Below, piece after piece: positions 31,284 through 32,000 of a stretch of DNA of 32,000 nucleotides. The first letter of the stretch is position 1. Each line of letters opens with the position of its first letter. A program made the translations under genes and the position numbers. The stretch lies in contig NC_010085.1 of NCBI RefSeq assembly GCF_000018465.1, forward strand, positions 270,001 through 302,000. The letters are read 5' to 3'. The notes below the pieces were generated by a model, which was not told the origin of the DNA, did no database searches, and saw only the letters and a program-made list of their open reading frames with translations. This DNA is from Nitrosopumilus maritimus SCM1. GTDB taxonomy: Archaea; Thermoproteota; Nitrososphaeria; Nitrososphaerales; Nitrosopumilaceae.

Positions 31284-32000
31284 TTAGATTTCAACACCTG
31301 AAAGTGCACCTTTAACATTCTCTACTGCTTTGTTAAAGACTTGCTTTTCTTCATCATTTAGATCTAATTCTATGATTTTTTCTACACCATTCTTTCCTAT
31401 TACTGCAGGAACTCCAATGGTAACATCAGAGTGATCATATTCTCCATCAAGATAAGTTGCTACTGGAATTACTTGTTTTCTGTCTCTTACAACTGCTTCA
31501 ACAATTGCAGAAATTGCATTTCCTGGTGCATGTACTGTAGCACCTTTTAGTTCAATTACTTTTGCTGCAACTTGCTTTGTGTTTTGAACTAGTTCCTCTA
31601 ATTTTTCTTTTGGAAGCAATGATGGTAGTGGAATTCCTGAAACAGATGAAAATCTTGGTAAAGGTAACATGTTTTCACCATGTTCTCCAATTACTAGTGC
31701 TCTAATTGAGTCACGAGAGTGTCCAGTTGCTTCGTGGATAAATTGTCTAAATCTTGATAAATCAAGCATACCTCCCATTCCAAATACTCTACTTCTATCA
31801 AATCCTGATACTTTGTATGTGATGTATGCCATTGGGTCTAATGGATTAGTTACTGGAATAATCATGGAATCATCTGCATATTTTTTCACATTTTCTACCA
31901 CGCTTTTTACAATTGATGCATTAATCTTCAAAAGATCCATACGGGTCATTCCTGGTTTTCGTCCAGAACCTGCAACTACTACTACAATATTGGAACCTTT
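31284..32000 (-). CDS. mdh: malate dehydrogenase (LDH/MDH family), 5'-truncated by the window edge
   Basis: The reading frame stays open to position 32000 (..[24 protein letters not shown]..), so the track's ATG at 31949 is internal. AG..RKPGM.R.DLL, TNPLD and GEHG motifs. MDH versus LDH cannot be settled without the N-terminal part and the substrate-specificity residue context. Confidence 0.85.

Overview
AT-rich, gene-dense archaeal chromosome segment. Gene content (RpoN, isopentenyl phosphate kinase, archaeal uS2/uS4/uS13, UPF0147, archaeal-type CobT) and the style of the secreted proteins suggest a Nitrosopumilus-like ammonia-oxidising archaeon; that assignment is inference, no search was run. 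I support 38 protein-coding genes (one 5'-truncated at the window end, one a newly proposed 50-aa ORF), 2 tRNAs (His-GTG, Leu-GAG), 3 short perfect tandem repeats inside genes, and several TATA-like boxes about 26-30 bp upstream of start codons, which implies leaderless mRNAs. No CRISPR array, mobile element or rRNA was seen. About 1-17.7 kb is housekeeping: a co-directional rpoN-eno-rps2-mvk-ipk-idi-GGPP synthase-gltX block, an nnrE/MBL/cobT operon, glmS and rps13-rps4. About 17.7-30.4 kb is the part worth a second look. (i) A contiguous metal-homeostasis block holds a Cys-rich mini-ORF, a small wHTH regulator, a TroABCD-like importer and a CDF exporter. The importer's last permease carries a DtxR/TroR-like winged-helix tail, its promoter is packed with TTAG/CTAA symmetry elements, and the exporter has three tandem cytoplasmic domains. 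(ii) A surface-protein block holds a roughly 1060-aa secreted protein ending in two Trp-rich repeats and a 343-aa anchored protein with perfect PEPEPEPTA-coding repeats and a C-L-I-A-T-A-A-Y-G motif. (iii) A radical SAM enzyme with a B12-binding-like N-terminal domain. All family calls are by-eye motif recognition and need HMM or structure confirmation.
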